Shown one piece after another: positions 28,364 through 38,221 of a DNA stretch of 64,000 bases. Source of the stretch: an uncultured archaeon (GTDB lineage: Archaea; Asgardarchaeota; Thorarchaeia; Thorarchaeales; Thorarchaeaceae); contig CAZVZC010000004.1 of assembly GCA_964631415.1 (NCBI GenBank), positions 1-64,000 of the forward strand, written 5' to 3'. Made by a program: the position numbers and the translations under genes. The notes below the pieces were generated by a model that worked only from the letters and a program-made list of their open reading frames with translations, had not been told where the DNA came from and did no database searches. The first letter of the stretch is position 1, and each line of letters starts with the position of its first letter.

Positions 28364-28410
28364 TGTACACAAGTGTACGTTAATGTACAGTTATGAGCAA
28401 TATTTATAAG
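28364..28410 (+). promoter_or_regulatory. Three TRP-box-like sites and TATA box of trpB2
   Basis: TGTACA (28364), TGTACG (28374) and TGTACA (28384) at 10-bp period; TTTATAAG at 28403. Confidence 0.75.
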
Positions 28411-28434
28411 ATGACCACCACGACCGCCTGACCC

Positions 28435-28666
28435 TAAGCCTGAGGTGAAGAGTCGCGATGAGCGTGCGTTCCTACCAATGGGGCAGGGGTCTGAAGCGAC
28501 CCTTAAAGCTAGTTTTGTAGATACCGCTCTCGCGCCATATTCTTTCACGGCGTCGTTCTCTCACGAAACAGTCGTGCGAAGACTCGATTCAGGTCATGTC
28601 ATAGCACGTAGTGCAGACGTGAAACCCCACGCCGTCCTCGGGAAACATGAATGTGAGGAATCATAG
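28435..28666 (+). promoter_or_regulatory. Long structured 5' leader of trpB2 (attenuator-like)
   Basis: Alternative helices 28445-28464/28525-28548 versus 28543-28553/28618-28635; TCCTC/GAGGA anti-SD stem. Confidence 0.55.
28458..28520 (+). CDS. Putative Trp-containing leader peptide MSVRSYQWGRGLKRPLKLVL
   Basis: Perfect GAGGTGA SD at 28442-28448, ATG 28458, TGG at 28479, TAG 28518; lies within the trpB2 5' leader. Confidence 0.55.
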   Translation: MSVRSYQWGRGLKRPLKLVL

Positions 28667-29986
28667 ATGACAAGACAACAGATCAGAATCACACTAGGTC
28701 CTGATGATACACCAAAGAGCTACGTGAACATAGTTCCCTACTTGCGGAGCCCACTTCCTCCCCCAATCGACGCGACGACGGGCGAACCGGTGAATCCCGA
28801 AGCGCTGACGAGAATATTCGCGAAAGAGTGCGTGCGACAAGAGGTTTCCCAACAAAGGACTATACCTATCGCTGACGAGGTTAGGGAGGCAATGATCCGT
28901 TTCGGAAGGCCAACCCCACTTCAGAGAGCGTACGGACTTGAAGAGATGCTAAAGACCCCGGCCAGAATCTACTACAAGAGAGAGGATGTTTCGCCGACTG
29001 GCAGTCACAAGACGAACACAGCGCTGGCGCAGTGTTACTATGCTATGAAAGAAGGTGTGGAACGATACACGACCGAAACAGGTGCTGGTCAGTGGGGCTG
29101 CGCTCTCGCCCTCGCATGTTCACACTTCGGTCTCGAAGCAATGATATACATGGTAAGGGTCAGTTACGAACAGAAGGCATATCGTGGAACTCTCATGAGA
29201 CTCTACGGAGCGAAAGTTGTTCCTAGCCCTTCGCAAAACACCGAGTTTGGGAGAAGACTCAATCGAGAACAGCCAGGACACCCCGGATCTTTGGGAATCG
29301 CAATCAGTGAAGCGCTTGAAGATGCGCTTGGCAGCCAGAACACGAAATACAGTCTTGGATCTGTCCTGAACCATGTCTTACTTCATCAGACAGTCATAGG
29401 TCAGGAAGCGAAGCAGCAACTCAATCTAATCGACACGAAGCCAGACTACGTGGTTGGCTGCGTTGGTGGGGGCAGCAACTTCGCGGGCCTGTCATATCCC
29501 TTCATCGCCGACCCCAGATTCAAGGACACCGAGTTCATTGCTGCCGAATCAGACGCCTGCCCCAAGCTCACTCATGGCGAGTACCGCTACGACTTTGGGG
29601 ACACAGCAGGGCTCACACCAAAACTGAAGATGTACACTCTCGGCGCGAACTTCATTCCGCCGAAGATACATGCCGGCGGGCTACGATATCACGGCTCGGC
29701 TCCAACACTAAGCGCACTGATACAGGAGGGCAGGGTCAGACCATTGGCCTATAACCAAATCGACGCCTTGAGTGCGGGGGCCCTCTTCGCAAGGACAGAA
29801 GGCATCGTCCCGGCCCCTGAGTCGTCTCACGCAATAAAGGCAGTCATCGACCTCGCTCTCGAGGCAAAGCAAAGAAACGAAGAGAGAACGATTCTCTTCA
29901 ATCTGTCAGGCCACGGGCATTTCGATATGACAGCCTATGGCTCCTTGATGGATGGCACGCTAAGCGGAGAGAGCATGGCAACATAG
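28667..29986 (+). CDS. trpB2: Tryptophan synthase beta chain 2 (TrpB2, PLP-dependent)
   Basis: [53 protein letters not shown]. Confidence 0.96.
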   Translation: MTRQQIRITLGPDDTPKSYVNIVPYLRSPLPPPIDATTGEPVNPEALTRIFAKECVRQEVSQQRTIPIADEVREAMIRFGRPTPLQRAYGLEEMLKTPARIYYKREDVSPTGSHKTNTALAQCYYAMKEGVERYTTETGAGQWGCALALACSHFGLEAMIYMVRVSYEQKAYRGTLMRLYGAKVVPSPSQNTEFGRRLNREQPGHPGSLGIAISEALEDALGSQNTKYSLGSVLNHVLLHQTVIGQEAKQQLNLIDTKPDYVVGCVGGGSNFAGLSYPFIADPRFKDTEFIAAESDACPKLTHGEYRYDFGDTAGLTPKLKMYTLGANFIPPKIHAGGLRYHGSAPTLSALIQEGRVRPLAYNQIDALSAGALFARTEGIVPAPESSHAIKAVIDLALEAKQRNEERTILFNLSGHGHFDMTAYGSLMDGTLSGESMAT

Positions 29987-30090
29987 GATTCGATCATGGC
30001 ACATGCTGCTGTCAAATGGCAGACGATGCGTGGAACACTGCAACTACCTGCAGCTGGACTTCCGCCACAGACCAGTAGGAAACGGGTCAT

Positions 30091-30834
30091 CTAAAACTCG
30101 TGCTTACGGAATCTCCAGACTGCGAGTTCGCCCAGCACGACCAAGACGACGATGGTTATGATCAGCGGATAGACTGAGAAGTCTGTGCCGTTTGCTATGC
30201 CCATCGCCACTGTGAGCAGACCCCATGGGCCATATGGTCCGATAGTGGGGTTCATTCCAAGGTTGACCCCAAAGAAGATGAAGAATATCGGCAACCACAC
30301 AACTGATCCGGCCTTCTCGTAGAATGTTCCCATACATATAGTCAGGAAGAGCAAGAACACCTGCCAAAGAATGACAGGGACAAGACTTGCACAGAACGCC
30401 AATATGCTCGGAGCAGTACCAAACAGAACAGCTAGAAGGAACACTACTGAACCTGGTATCAGGACCATCGAGATGGCAATGTTCAGAGAGTTCGGCAAGA
30501 GCTTGGCCAAGACAAATGCTGTTCTGGACACGGGCTTTGACAGGACCCACGCAGCAGAACCCGAATCCTTCTCTTCAAGTATCGTTCCTGTTGCGACGAC
30601 TAGCACTGCAATGGACGGGAATATGAATGCCATGATGTAGAAAATCATCAAGCCTCCTTCCGCGTTTTGGAGACCTATAGACGAGAACAGGCCGAGCGCT
30701 CCAGTCCACATGAGTGCCTGCTGCCACCATGCTGATGTCCCGAACCAAGCCTTGAGCTCCTTACGCACTAGGTTCGAGAGTCCCATTCTCCAGCCAGTTT
30801 CAATGACAGGCTCGAATGCTTCACTGTGCGACAT
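30091..30834 (-). CDS. ABC-2 type transporter permease
   Basis: RKEL, EKDSG.AAW.LSKPVSR..F..AK; six TM helices. Confidence 0.9.
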   Translation of the reverse strand: MSHSEAFEPVIETGWRMGLSNLVRKELKAWFGTSAWWQQALMWTGALGLFSSIGLQNAEGGLMIFYIMAFIFPSIAVLVVATGTILEEKDSGSAAWVLSKPVSRTAFVLAKLLPNSLNIAISMVLIPGSVVFLLAVLFGTAPSILAFCASLVPVILWQVFLLFLTICMGTFYEKAGSVVWLPIFFIFFGVNLGMNPTIGPYGPWGLLTVAMGIANGTDFSVYPLIITIVVLVVLGELAVWRFRKHEF

Positions 30835-31768
30835 TGTTGCTGTCCTCCACCATCTTCATGAAAATCTCTTCAAGCTCATACTGCTTCAAGCCGAAATCCA
30901 CGACGTCTACGGTGTCATCTGCCATTACTGTCCTCAGGAGCTTCTTCCTAGCCATCGAATCATCGCTCACACTGACGACCCATTGCGTTTTGTCCTTGGC
31001 CTTCTTCTCGGTAATGCCTGTCACCCAAGGTTCCTTGGAGAGCCGTGCGTATGCCTTCTGGGGGTTTCCTTCCAGTGTGAGTGTATAGGCCACACCTTCG
31101 CTACCGGCAAGAAGCTGACCAATCGGTGCCTGCGCTATCATCCGGCCTTTGTTCAAGATTGCCACAGTGTCGCTGACTCGCTGCACATCATCCAGGATAT
31201 GAGTGCTGTAGAATATGGTCGATTCAGAACGTAACCCCTCCATGATCTTGAGAACGTCCTCTCTTCCTTCAGGATCAAGGCCCGCGGCAGGCTCGTCAAG
31301 GATCAGAAGCTCTGGATAGTTAATCTGGGCCTGAGCGATTCCCAGCCGCTGCATCTCTCCACCAGAGAAACCCTCAATCAGCCGGTCCGACTTGTCCTCG
31401 AGCTCCACAACCGAAAGAAGCTGCTCTATTCTCTCCTCGATTTTGTCACGTGGTCCTTTGAAGTAGAAACGCGCAGCAAAGCGCATGGTTTCTCTTGCCG
31501 TCATCTCTTTGTAGAACTTAGGATGCTGAGCAAGGTACCCCACTCCTCTTCTGACCTCGTTACTGTTCTGAACAATGTCATAGCCGAGCACGGTTCCACC
31601 GCCAGTTGTCGGCTTCGTGAGACCCACCAGTAGTTTGATTGTGGTGGTCTTTCCAGCCCCATTGGGTCCAAGGAAAGCAAAGATCGAATTCCTTGGAACT
31701 CTCAGATTGAGCGAACTCAATGCAGCAACGTCCCCGTATGTCTTGCCGAGCTCCTGAGTGCTTATCAC
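30821..31768 (-). CDS. ABC transporter ATP-binding protein
   Basis: GPNGAGKTT, FSGG, LILDEP and STH motifs; possible ACG start at 31786. Confidence 0.95.
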   Translation of the reverse strand: MISTQELGKTYGDVAALSSLNLRVPRNSIFAFLGPNGAGKTTTIKLLVGLTKPTTGGGTVLGYDIVQNSNEVRRGVGYLAQHPKFYKEMTARETMRFAARFYFKGPRDKIEERIEQLLSVVELEDKSDRLIEGFSGGEMQRLGIAQAQINYPELLILDEPAAGLDPEGREDVLKIMEGLRSESTIFYSTHILDDVQRVSDTVAILNKGRMIAQAPIGQLLAGSEGVAYTLTLEGNPQKAYARLSKEPWVTGITEKKAKDKTQWVVSVSDDSMARKKLLRTVMADDTVDVVDFGLKQYELEEIFMKMVEDSNNVAQ

Positions 31769-31887
31769 GAATGACTGTTGGCTCGTGTCAGAATCGCCTC
31801 TTTCTCTTTGAATGAGCGTCGTGGCTTGCCGGGGTCGTGTTATATAAACCCGGGGGGTGAGTCATCCCTACAAGATCTGATGAACGG

Positions 31888-32913
31888 ATGTCGGACAAGA
31901 GCATTGGAGTAGCTATTGCAGGACTAGGTTTCGTGGGAGCTCGTGCTCATGTTCCTGCCTTCAGAAAGATACCGGGAGCTGAAGTGGTGGGTGTCGTTGC
32001 CCGACCTGGTGGCAGCAGCGAACGCGTCGCCAAAGAGTTGTCCGAGAAGTATGGTTTCAATTACTATCTTGACTATGGGGCAGCCCTAGATGATCCCCGG
32101 GTTCATGCAGTAGTACTTGCAGTGCCAACACCGGATCACTTCGAGATGGCAGCCCAGGCCATGTCAAAGGGAAAGCATGTTCTGTGCGAAATGCCCTTGG
32201 CAACCACGATTGCTCAGGCAAGGAAACTGAAACAACAGGCCGAGAAGGAGGGAGTGCTACTCATGCCTGTCCTCAACTTCCGTTTCACTCCTAACTTCGT
32301 GAAAGCAAAGGAGCTGATTGACCAAGGAGTTGTTGGAAAGCCGCTTGCAGTGACGTTCAAGGAACTTATCGCAGCGAGGGATCTTGCGGCACAATGGCCG
32401 CTCACTTCATGGGCGTGGGATGTGAGAAAAAGTGGTGGGCTTCCGGATTTCACACTCTCGGTCTGGTCATTAGACCTCGTCAGATGGCTATTCAACACCG
32501 AAATCGAAGATGTGCATTGGGTCGCAGACTATGCCACTGTTGAAGGGCTAGAGAACTTCAAGGGGTATCAGACGATTGGTGTTGTTAAGCTCACGAATGG
32601 CATGGTTGGGAGTTTCCATTATGGTTCGACTGTTGCGCCAGGTAGGGGTACAAGTAGGTTGGAGGTCTATGGAAGCAATGGTAGAATCCTCGAGGCGAAC
32701 CGGAACAACTCCTTGACACTGATTGGAGAGAACCTAGAGAAACAGGAATGGGCATTCGAAGAGAAAGGCAGCAGAGTATGGGGCCATTATCAGCTGGACT
32801 CGTACTTCGTAGACTGCATACTCCATGGGATGAAACCATCATTCGGTCCGGAGGATGCCATCAAGGTACAGATGATTGCCCAGAAGATGGTTCGACGGGC
32901 CCCCAAGACGTGA
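31888..32913 (+). CDS. Gfo/Idh/MocA family oxidoreductase
   Basis: GLGFVG, HF..A...GKHVLCE.P and NFRF.P motifs. Confidence 0.92.
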   Translation: MSDKSIGVAIAGLGFVGARAHVPAFRKIPGAEVVGVVARPGGSSERVAKELSEKYGFNYYLDYGAALDDPRVHAVVLAVPTPDHFEMAAQAMSKGKHVLCEMPLATTIAQARKLKQQAEKEGVLLMPVLNFRFTPNFVKAKELIDQGVVGKPLAVTFKELIAARDLAAQWPLTSWAWDVRKSGGLPDFTLSVWSLDLVRWLFNTEIEDVHWVADYATVEGLENFKGYQTIGVVKLTNGMVGSFHYGSTVAPGRGTSRLEVYGSNGRILEANRNNSLTLIGENLEKQEWAFEEKGSRVWGHYQLDSYFVDCILHGMKPSFGPEDAIKVQMIAQKMVRRAPKT

Positions 32914-33084
32914 CTCTGACTGACTATCGGGAGATTGTGAGATTCGGTCGGACACGACCTTTCATGCAATGGTTTATGTGCGGCAATGCATTATGGCTAA
33001 CCGATTTCCCAAAACAGTCGCCGCCCTGCCTGAAGCCTAACGTGCGCCGATACAACTGGAGAATCGTTCAGGAAATAGTCAGCG

Positions 33085-33699
33085 TTGATGGGTGTCAGAG
33101 TCATTCCCCGCCTACTGAGGAAAGACGGAGAGTGCAATCGCTGGACGAGCATGCTCATACTAGTTGTCCTGGTTGGGATTGCCCTTTTCGCTCCGTTCAT
33201 CGCTGTATTCCAGCATCCCTCAGAAGTCTTTGCGGAAGACATCACAGGAGTATTCAGCTCTGTGACATGGGCATTCATCGTCCTCAATAATCCACCTGCG
33301 TACGACAATCAGATGACGTTCATATTGTTTCCAATGCTTGAAGTCCCGATTCTCTTGTTTGTTGCCGTCCTGCGGGTCGCGTATGTCTTGACAGTGATTG
33401 GTCATCGCCATGGACTCGTCGGCGGCCGTTTCCCGGCATTGACCGGCGCATTGATGTTCTCGTGCATTATGATACTCTGTATCTCTGTCACGTTCAGTCC
33501 TCACCTTGTAGGACTGCCGTGGGGACATCTCATACCCGTCCCGCCAAGCGAGATAGCCACTGCAGTCTGCTACCCGCTTCCTGCATTGTTCCTAATCGGA
33601 CTGTTGTCTTATCCGGCGGCCAGAAAACACTCAGCAGACAGGAGCGACCCGCGTGGCGTAGACACTACTGTGACACAATCGGATTCTCTACCTGCGTAG
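33085..33699 (+). CDS. Hypothetical membrane protein
   Basis: Four hydrophobic helices; start uncertain. Confidence 0.55.
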   Translation: MMGVRVIPRLLRKDGECNRWTSMLILVVLVGIALFAPFIAVFQHPSEVFAEDITGVFSSVTWAFIVLNNPPAYDNQMTFILFPMLEVPILLFVAVLRVAYVLTVIGHRHGLVGGRFPALTGALMFSCIMILCISVTFSPHLVGLPWGHLIPVPPSEIATAVCYPLPALFLIGLLSYPAARKHSADRSDPRGVDTTVTQSDSLPA

Positions 33700-33776
33700 C
33701 ATCTAGGACACTAGGGATTGATCAACTGCCCTGCGATATGAATGGCCTTCAAATCACAAAGCAGGAGGGACAGATC

Positions 33777-34550
33777 CTAGTTGACCAGCTTCAGAAGATG
33801 CTCTGGAGATAAGTAGTAGCAACTCAGCAGTCTGCCGTTGTAGACGATGTTGAAGGTCCCATAGGCAGACGGTGCAGAGGCTCGCACGTCTTCGGTGTTT
33901 CTTAGCTCGACACTCTTGGCTTCGATTCCATTGTCTCTTGCCGCCTTCAGCACTCCGGCAACTGCCTTCGCAACATACGGACACTGTAGTGTATAGACCA
34001 CCGTGATTCCAGAACCGTATGCCTTGAGCCTATTGTCCCAGTCCTTAGGAAAACTCGGGGGAGGTGCTTGTTTGAATCTCAACACCAGAAGCTCGAAGCT
34101 CGGCGGGGCTGTGTCGACAAGCTCGAACCCATACTTCAGAAACAGACTCTTGTTTGGCAGCCAGGGCCTGTCGCTCGTTACTACTGCGACACCAGCCTTC
34201 CTCGTCTTCTTCGCATCGTCTATGTACATCTGGACGAGCTTGGTGCCATAGCCTTTGCTCTTCCATTTGCCTACGACCCAAAGACAATGAATCACTAGAT
34301 AGTCCTCTGCATTCACGGCACGCCACGTGTACTTGCCGGGGATGTACTCAATGAAACCTCTTGATGTGAGGCCCTTTGCTTCCCTGATACGCAGAAGCTT
34401 GATGTGCAGACCTTCTTTGAACCGCTCTCTGATCCAAGCCACCTTGTTCTGATAGCCCTCTCCTCCCTTGTCGGACTTCTTGCAGAGGAAGTCGTAGTCA
34501 TCTAAGTTGCTCTCATTCACATCGACTATCTCATAGTCGGCTCCGGTCAT
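33777..34550 (-). CDS. GNAT N-acetyltransferase with YoaP domain
   Basis: GFIEYIPG..WR, IHCLWV...KGYG, QCPY and APS.Y motifs. Confidence 0.9.
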   Translation of the reverse strand: MTGADYEIVDVNESNLDDYDFLCKKSDKGGEGYQNKVAWIRERFKEGLHIKLLRIREAKGLTSRGFIEYIPGKYTWRAVNAEDYLVIHCLWVVGKWKSKGYGTKLVQMYIDDAKKTRKAGVAVVTSDRPWLPNKSLFLKYGFELVDTAPPSFELLVLRFKQAPPPSFPKDWDNRLKAYGSGITVVYTLQCPYVAKAVAGVLKAARDNGIEAKSVELRNTEDVRASAPSAYGTFNIVYNGRLLSCYYLSPEHLLKLVN

Positions 34551-34752
34551 TTCTGAACCCTGCAAGCATCATAGGGAATTGCCTCAGTAGCAGAACAACC
34601 TTCTCATGAACTGTGCGGTGACCGACATACCCCGGTCAACAGGATTCCGAATTGTGGATGTGAAGGCGATATCCGCGAATGACATCATGGTGTTTCCAGA
34701 CGACAGAAATGATTGAGGGAGAGTAGTTCTCTCTCCCTCTGCATCTGAACTC

Positions 34753-35517
34753 CTAGCTAAGGTTCGCCGATATGGCACCTGTCGTAGCCTGCGCCACGAT
34801 TGTGAGCGTGGTTTCGGCGGTATGGTAGTCGTCGGTTTCGTAGTGACTCGTTGTTATCTTGTTCCATCCGACCTGAGTCACGGTAACTGGGCCGGCCGTG
34901 GTTGAGGCCTCGAAGCTCCCACCCACTCCTACTGGGAGGTCTAGGTTCACAGTGATGGCTCCGGCAGAGGCTTCAAGGTCAAAGATAGAGTCGCCTAGAA
35001 CCTGCACGTCGTCACCCATGATGACAGAGATGGCGCCGGCTGTCGCGGTCAGAAACATGTTACCAATGTGCGCTCCATGATCTAGTGTGATAGATACCGC
35101 GCCCGCGGACGTGATCACGTCAATCGTGTAGTTGGCACCTGTGCCCAGGGTGAGATTCACCCCTGCAGCTGTATAGTTCAAACGAATCACGTTTGAAGCC
35201 AAGATGACGACAGGCGCCCCGTGTGCTTCGAGTGTAGAGTTCTGAACCTCGACAGTCATCCTGTACAAGAGGGTCGTGTTCTCCTCGAACTTGATGACAA
35301 CTGCACCAGCGCCCAAGTTCATATCCAGAGTCACTGTACCTGTTGTGTTGCCGACCTCCTGTTCAAATGGAAAGACTGTCTTAGCAGTGTTCCAGCCCGG
35401 GAACCACCACCAACCAGTGGATCCAAAGTAGGTCAAAGCGCCGACTGCGAGGGCACCTCCGGTTATGACAGCGATTATGCATGCAACCATTCCCTTGTTT
35501 CTTCGATATTCACTCAT
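34753..35517 (-). CDS. Membrane-anchored beta-repeat protein (DUF4097/adhesin-like)
   Basis: N-terminal TM helix; repeated TxAGAI/V motifs. Confidence 0.7.
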   Translation of the reverse strand: MSEYRRNKGMVACIIAVITGGALAVGALTYFGSTGWWWFPGWNTAKTVFPFEQEVGNTTGTVTLDMNLGAGAVVIKFEENTTLLYRMTVEVQNSTLEAHGAPVVILASNVIRLNYTAAGVNLTLGTGANYTIDVITSAGAVSITLDHGAHIGNMFLTATAGAISVIMGDDVQVLGDSIFDLEASAGAITVNLDLPVGVGGSFEASTTAGPVTVTQVGWNKITTSHYETDDYHTAETTLTIVAQATTGAISANLS

Positions 35518-36154
35518 TCTTCATTCCACCCGTTCGATGAGACCGGAGGAAGTCGTGCCACTTCTCTCGCAGGTCTCGATACTGCGGATCTTCTTCCAAA
35601 GCAAACCGACGCATGATCCGCGACACGTCTCCTCTGACCGATGGCGGAAGTTTGTTGTAGCTCGCCGCATCTATTACTTGAGTCTTTGAGCTGACAGCAT
35701 TCTCGCGCTCGATCAGATTCCTCAGCAACGCTGTTGCCTGCTCCGCCTCAGACTCTGGTATCTCCATGCCATAGACCGACAGGCTTGATATCATGGACTT
35801 GAAGCGGTTTCTTGCGAAACGAGCGATGCCTCCGTTAGCCTGTATCATCTCACTGATGCCCAAGCGAAACTCTCTGGCGGTCGCTCGGTAGTATCGCTGC
35901 ACTATTCCAGTAGAAGTGAGCTGAGTGCGCTCCTGAACCACAAGACCGGCTTTCTTCAGCGCTTCAATGTGATGCAGTATGGTTCCAGGGTTCTTGCCAA
36001 GAGCGTCAGCCAGCTGCTTGACTGTCATTGAGCCATTCACGAGGTACTTGAATACAATATCAGATCGGACTGGCTCAAGAAGGACCCTGATGACTTTGGA
36101 GTCCGTCACCACCTCAAGGTCTTTCATGGGCTCTACTCGCGTCGGCTCTGTCAA
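35510..36154 (-). CDS. ArsR family transcriptional regulator
   Basis: MTVKQLADALGKNPGTILHHI..LK.AGLV, QRYY. Confidence 0.88.
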   Translation of the reverse strand: MTEPTRVEPMKDLEVVTDSKVIRVLLEPVRSDIVFKYLVNGSMTVKQLADALGKNPGTILHHIEALKKAGLVVQERTQLTSTGIVQRYYRATAREFRLGISEMIQANGGIARFARNRFKSMISSLSVYGMEIPESEAEQATALLRNLIERENAVSSKTQVIDAASYNKLPPSVRGDVSRIMRRFALEEDPQYRDLREKWHDFLRSHRTGGMKNE

Positions 36155-36157
36155 GTT

Positions 36158-37030
36158 CTACACACCTCCGACGAGTCTCACGTCAGGACCTTCATCCTCT
36201 GTCGTTTCTGTCGCGTTGGGGTTGTCTGTCAGGATCAAGTAGACCCTGGTCAGTCCAATCGTCATAGCTGGCAGACCTAGAAACACAAGGGCCAGACCGG
36301 CAATCGCTCCTATGGGAATCAGCACAACCGTCAAGGCAGACAAGAGGATGAACACAGCGATGTAGGACAACCAAGTGCCGAACACTCGGTCGAAGTACTG
36401 CCGGCTGAGTCGTACAGACTGCTTGACGGCACCCAGAACAGAGAGCCCGTCTATTATCCCAGGAAAGAGCATTGATAGCATTCCAGTCGTCACTACGAGC
36501 CAGACAACTGCGAACGCTGCCACTGCCGCCATTGGCAATCCTAACATCCAGCTTCCCGTGACAGTAAAGGCCCAGATACTCATGAGGGCGATTGGCATCA
36601 AGCTCACCAGAAAAAGGACTACACCTCCTCCGGCAAGAGACAGGAACTTCTTTCTGTACCAGACGAACACGCCCTCGGCAGTAGTGCCATCACTCTCGAC
36701 TATCTCGCGAGCCATACCGAACAAGGCACCAAGGGCCACGAGGAATGGACCAAGTAGAGGAATCGCCAGAAACATGATCAAACTGAACAGTTCGGCGCCT
36801 TGGAGTGCTGACCAGTTCTGACCAAGAGAAAAGAAGAACTGCATCATTGGTTCCATCCCCCATGCGAGGATAACAGGAATCATGATGGCGGCTGCTACGA
36901 TGACCATCAGAATGCCTGCGACTATCAAGACACCAATCATTGCCAAGACATAAGAGATGACGTTCTTAGAAGCGAACCTGAAACTGATTCTCAGATCCTG
37001 CAGAAGAGTTTCAAAGCTTGAGTTTTTCAT
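36158..37030 (-). CDS. Multi-pass membrane protein (paralog of 37110-38018)
   Basis: About six TM helices; shared SY.LA, GM...V, KF..AG.G and FDRVFG.W motifs. Confidence 0.8.
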   Translation of the reverse strand: MKNSSFETLLQDLRISFRFASKNVISYVLAMIGVLIVAGILMVIVAAAIMIPVILAWGMEPMMQFFFSLGQNWSALQGAELFSLIMFLAIPLLGPFLVALGALFGMAREIVESDGTTAEGVFVWYRKKFLSLAGGGVVLFLVSLMPIALMSIWAFTVTGSWMLGLPMAAVAAFAVVWLVVTTGMLSMLFPGIIDGLSVLGAVKQSVRLSRQYFDRVFGTWLSYIAVFILLSALTVVLIPIGAIAGLALVFLGLPAMTIGLTRVYLILTDNPNATETTEDEGPDVRLVGGV

Positions 37031-37109
37031 TTTTCAGCCATCCAGTAGAGGTAGTTTGAGAACACTCCCCTCTTGTTTCGAGGGGAGCAATCTCTCATCT
37101 TGCGTGCGC

Positions 37110-38018
37110 TCATACAATGGGTATGTCGGGGCCTTGCTTCGGCGCGACCTTTCCATCTGTGATCTCATGGTAGACCTTAGCAAATGCGATGACTACCATT
37201 GGGAACAGCAGGAGTATCCACAGAAGACCTGCGATAACAGTCCAAGCCGCGAGTGCACCAATCACGGGCATGAACATTGACTCAGGTCCCATCATTGTCC
37301 AGTTGACCGTGAGCCCCCAGACCATCGCGGGCGCGAACATTGCTACAGCCAAGAGGACTATGGCGGTCCACAGGCCGAAGACACGATCGAAGTGCTTGAC
37401 GGCCAGTCTGAAGGACTCACTCACCGCCGCCTGCACTCCTTTTCCATTGACAACAGCTGGGAGGACCATCGAAGTCAGACCGACAGTGACGAAGGTCCAG
37501 ACGAAGGAGAAAGCAGTCAGAGCCTGTGCAGCCAGACCTGTAATTGTGTACCCGAGCAAGTACCAAGCGGTGCCCCAGACGACTACCTGGGGGACAATGA
37601 CTATGATTGTAAGTATAGCACCCGCACCTGCGAAGGCGAAGAACTTGTGCCAGAGATAAGAGAACGCAGCCTCGGCTTTGGTTTCACCTATCATGACCAA
37701 GTCGTTGCTCATCCCATAGATTGAGCCAACAACCACCAGAAACAGGGACACAACTGGAATCATGACCAGAATGCCTAGTCCTCCTACTAGCATAGGACTG
37801 TGCCCGGCCCATGCCGACATCATTAGACCCATGTTGTTCCAGAACAGACCGCTGGTAGCGAGTGCTAGGAGCATGATGGGCATTGCAATGATGCCAAACA
37901 GTATCGCAATAACAAAGACCATGCCAAGGTTAGCAAGTAAGTAGCTCAGTACGCTCTTCCTTGCGAGTCCGAGGCTTGTCTTGAGATCGTTGAAGACTGT
38001 GTGAAAGTCTGTAGACAT
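37110..38018 (-). CDS. Multi-pass membrane protein (paralog of 36158-37030)
   Basis: Same shared motifs as its paralog; ATG 38018 preferred. Confidence 0.8.
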   Translation of the reverse strand: MSTDFHTVFNDLKTSLGLARKSVLSYLLANLGMVFVIAILFGIIAMPIMLLALATSGLFWNNMGLMMSAWAGHSPMLVGGLGILVMIPVVSLFLVVVGSIYGMSNDLVMIGETKAEAAFSYLWHKFFAFAGAGAILTIIVIVPQVVVWGTAWYLLGYTITGLAAQALTAFSFVWTFVTVGLTSMVLPAVVNGKGVQAAVSESFRLAVKHFDRVFGLWTAIVLLAVAMFAPAMVWGLTVNWTMMGPESMFMPVIGALAAWTVIAGLLWILLLFPMVVIAFAKVYHEITDGKVAPKQGPDIPIV

Positions 38019-38050
38019 AGATTCATTCACCACGATGATGATTGTGGAAC

Positions 38051-38110
38051 GTTTGACATGTGCCAAACATAGCACTCTTTTGCTTATAAAGCGTTTGATA
38101 TCTGCCAAAC
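38051..38110. promoter_or_regulatory. Two GTTTG-N8-CAAAC operators flanking a TATA box
   Basis: GTTTGACATGTGCCAAAC (38051) and GTTTGATATCTGCCAAAC (38093) around minus-strand TTTATAAG. Confidence 0.7.
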
Positions 38111-38221
38111 GTTTGGGTCTTACTATCTAACGAACGACCAAGAACCTGCGGCTGTCCACAGGAGCCACTGCGCCTCTGCCTGTACACACGTAATCGCGGA
38201 GCCGATAATCGCCCCAATATC

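Noticed and set aside
28445-28666. 73-aa ORF in frame with trpB2 and separated only by TAG (possible read-through extension)
   Set aside because: Its GTG lies inside the SD of the leader uORF, the peptide resembles nothing I recognise, and TrpB2 is complete from ATG 28667 with its own SD.
28435-28666. T-box riboswitch interpretation of the trpB2 leader
   Set aside because: No GGTGG-ACC T-box bulge sequence or stem I signature loops are visible.
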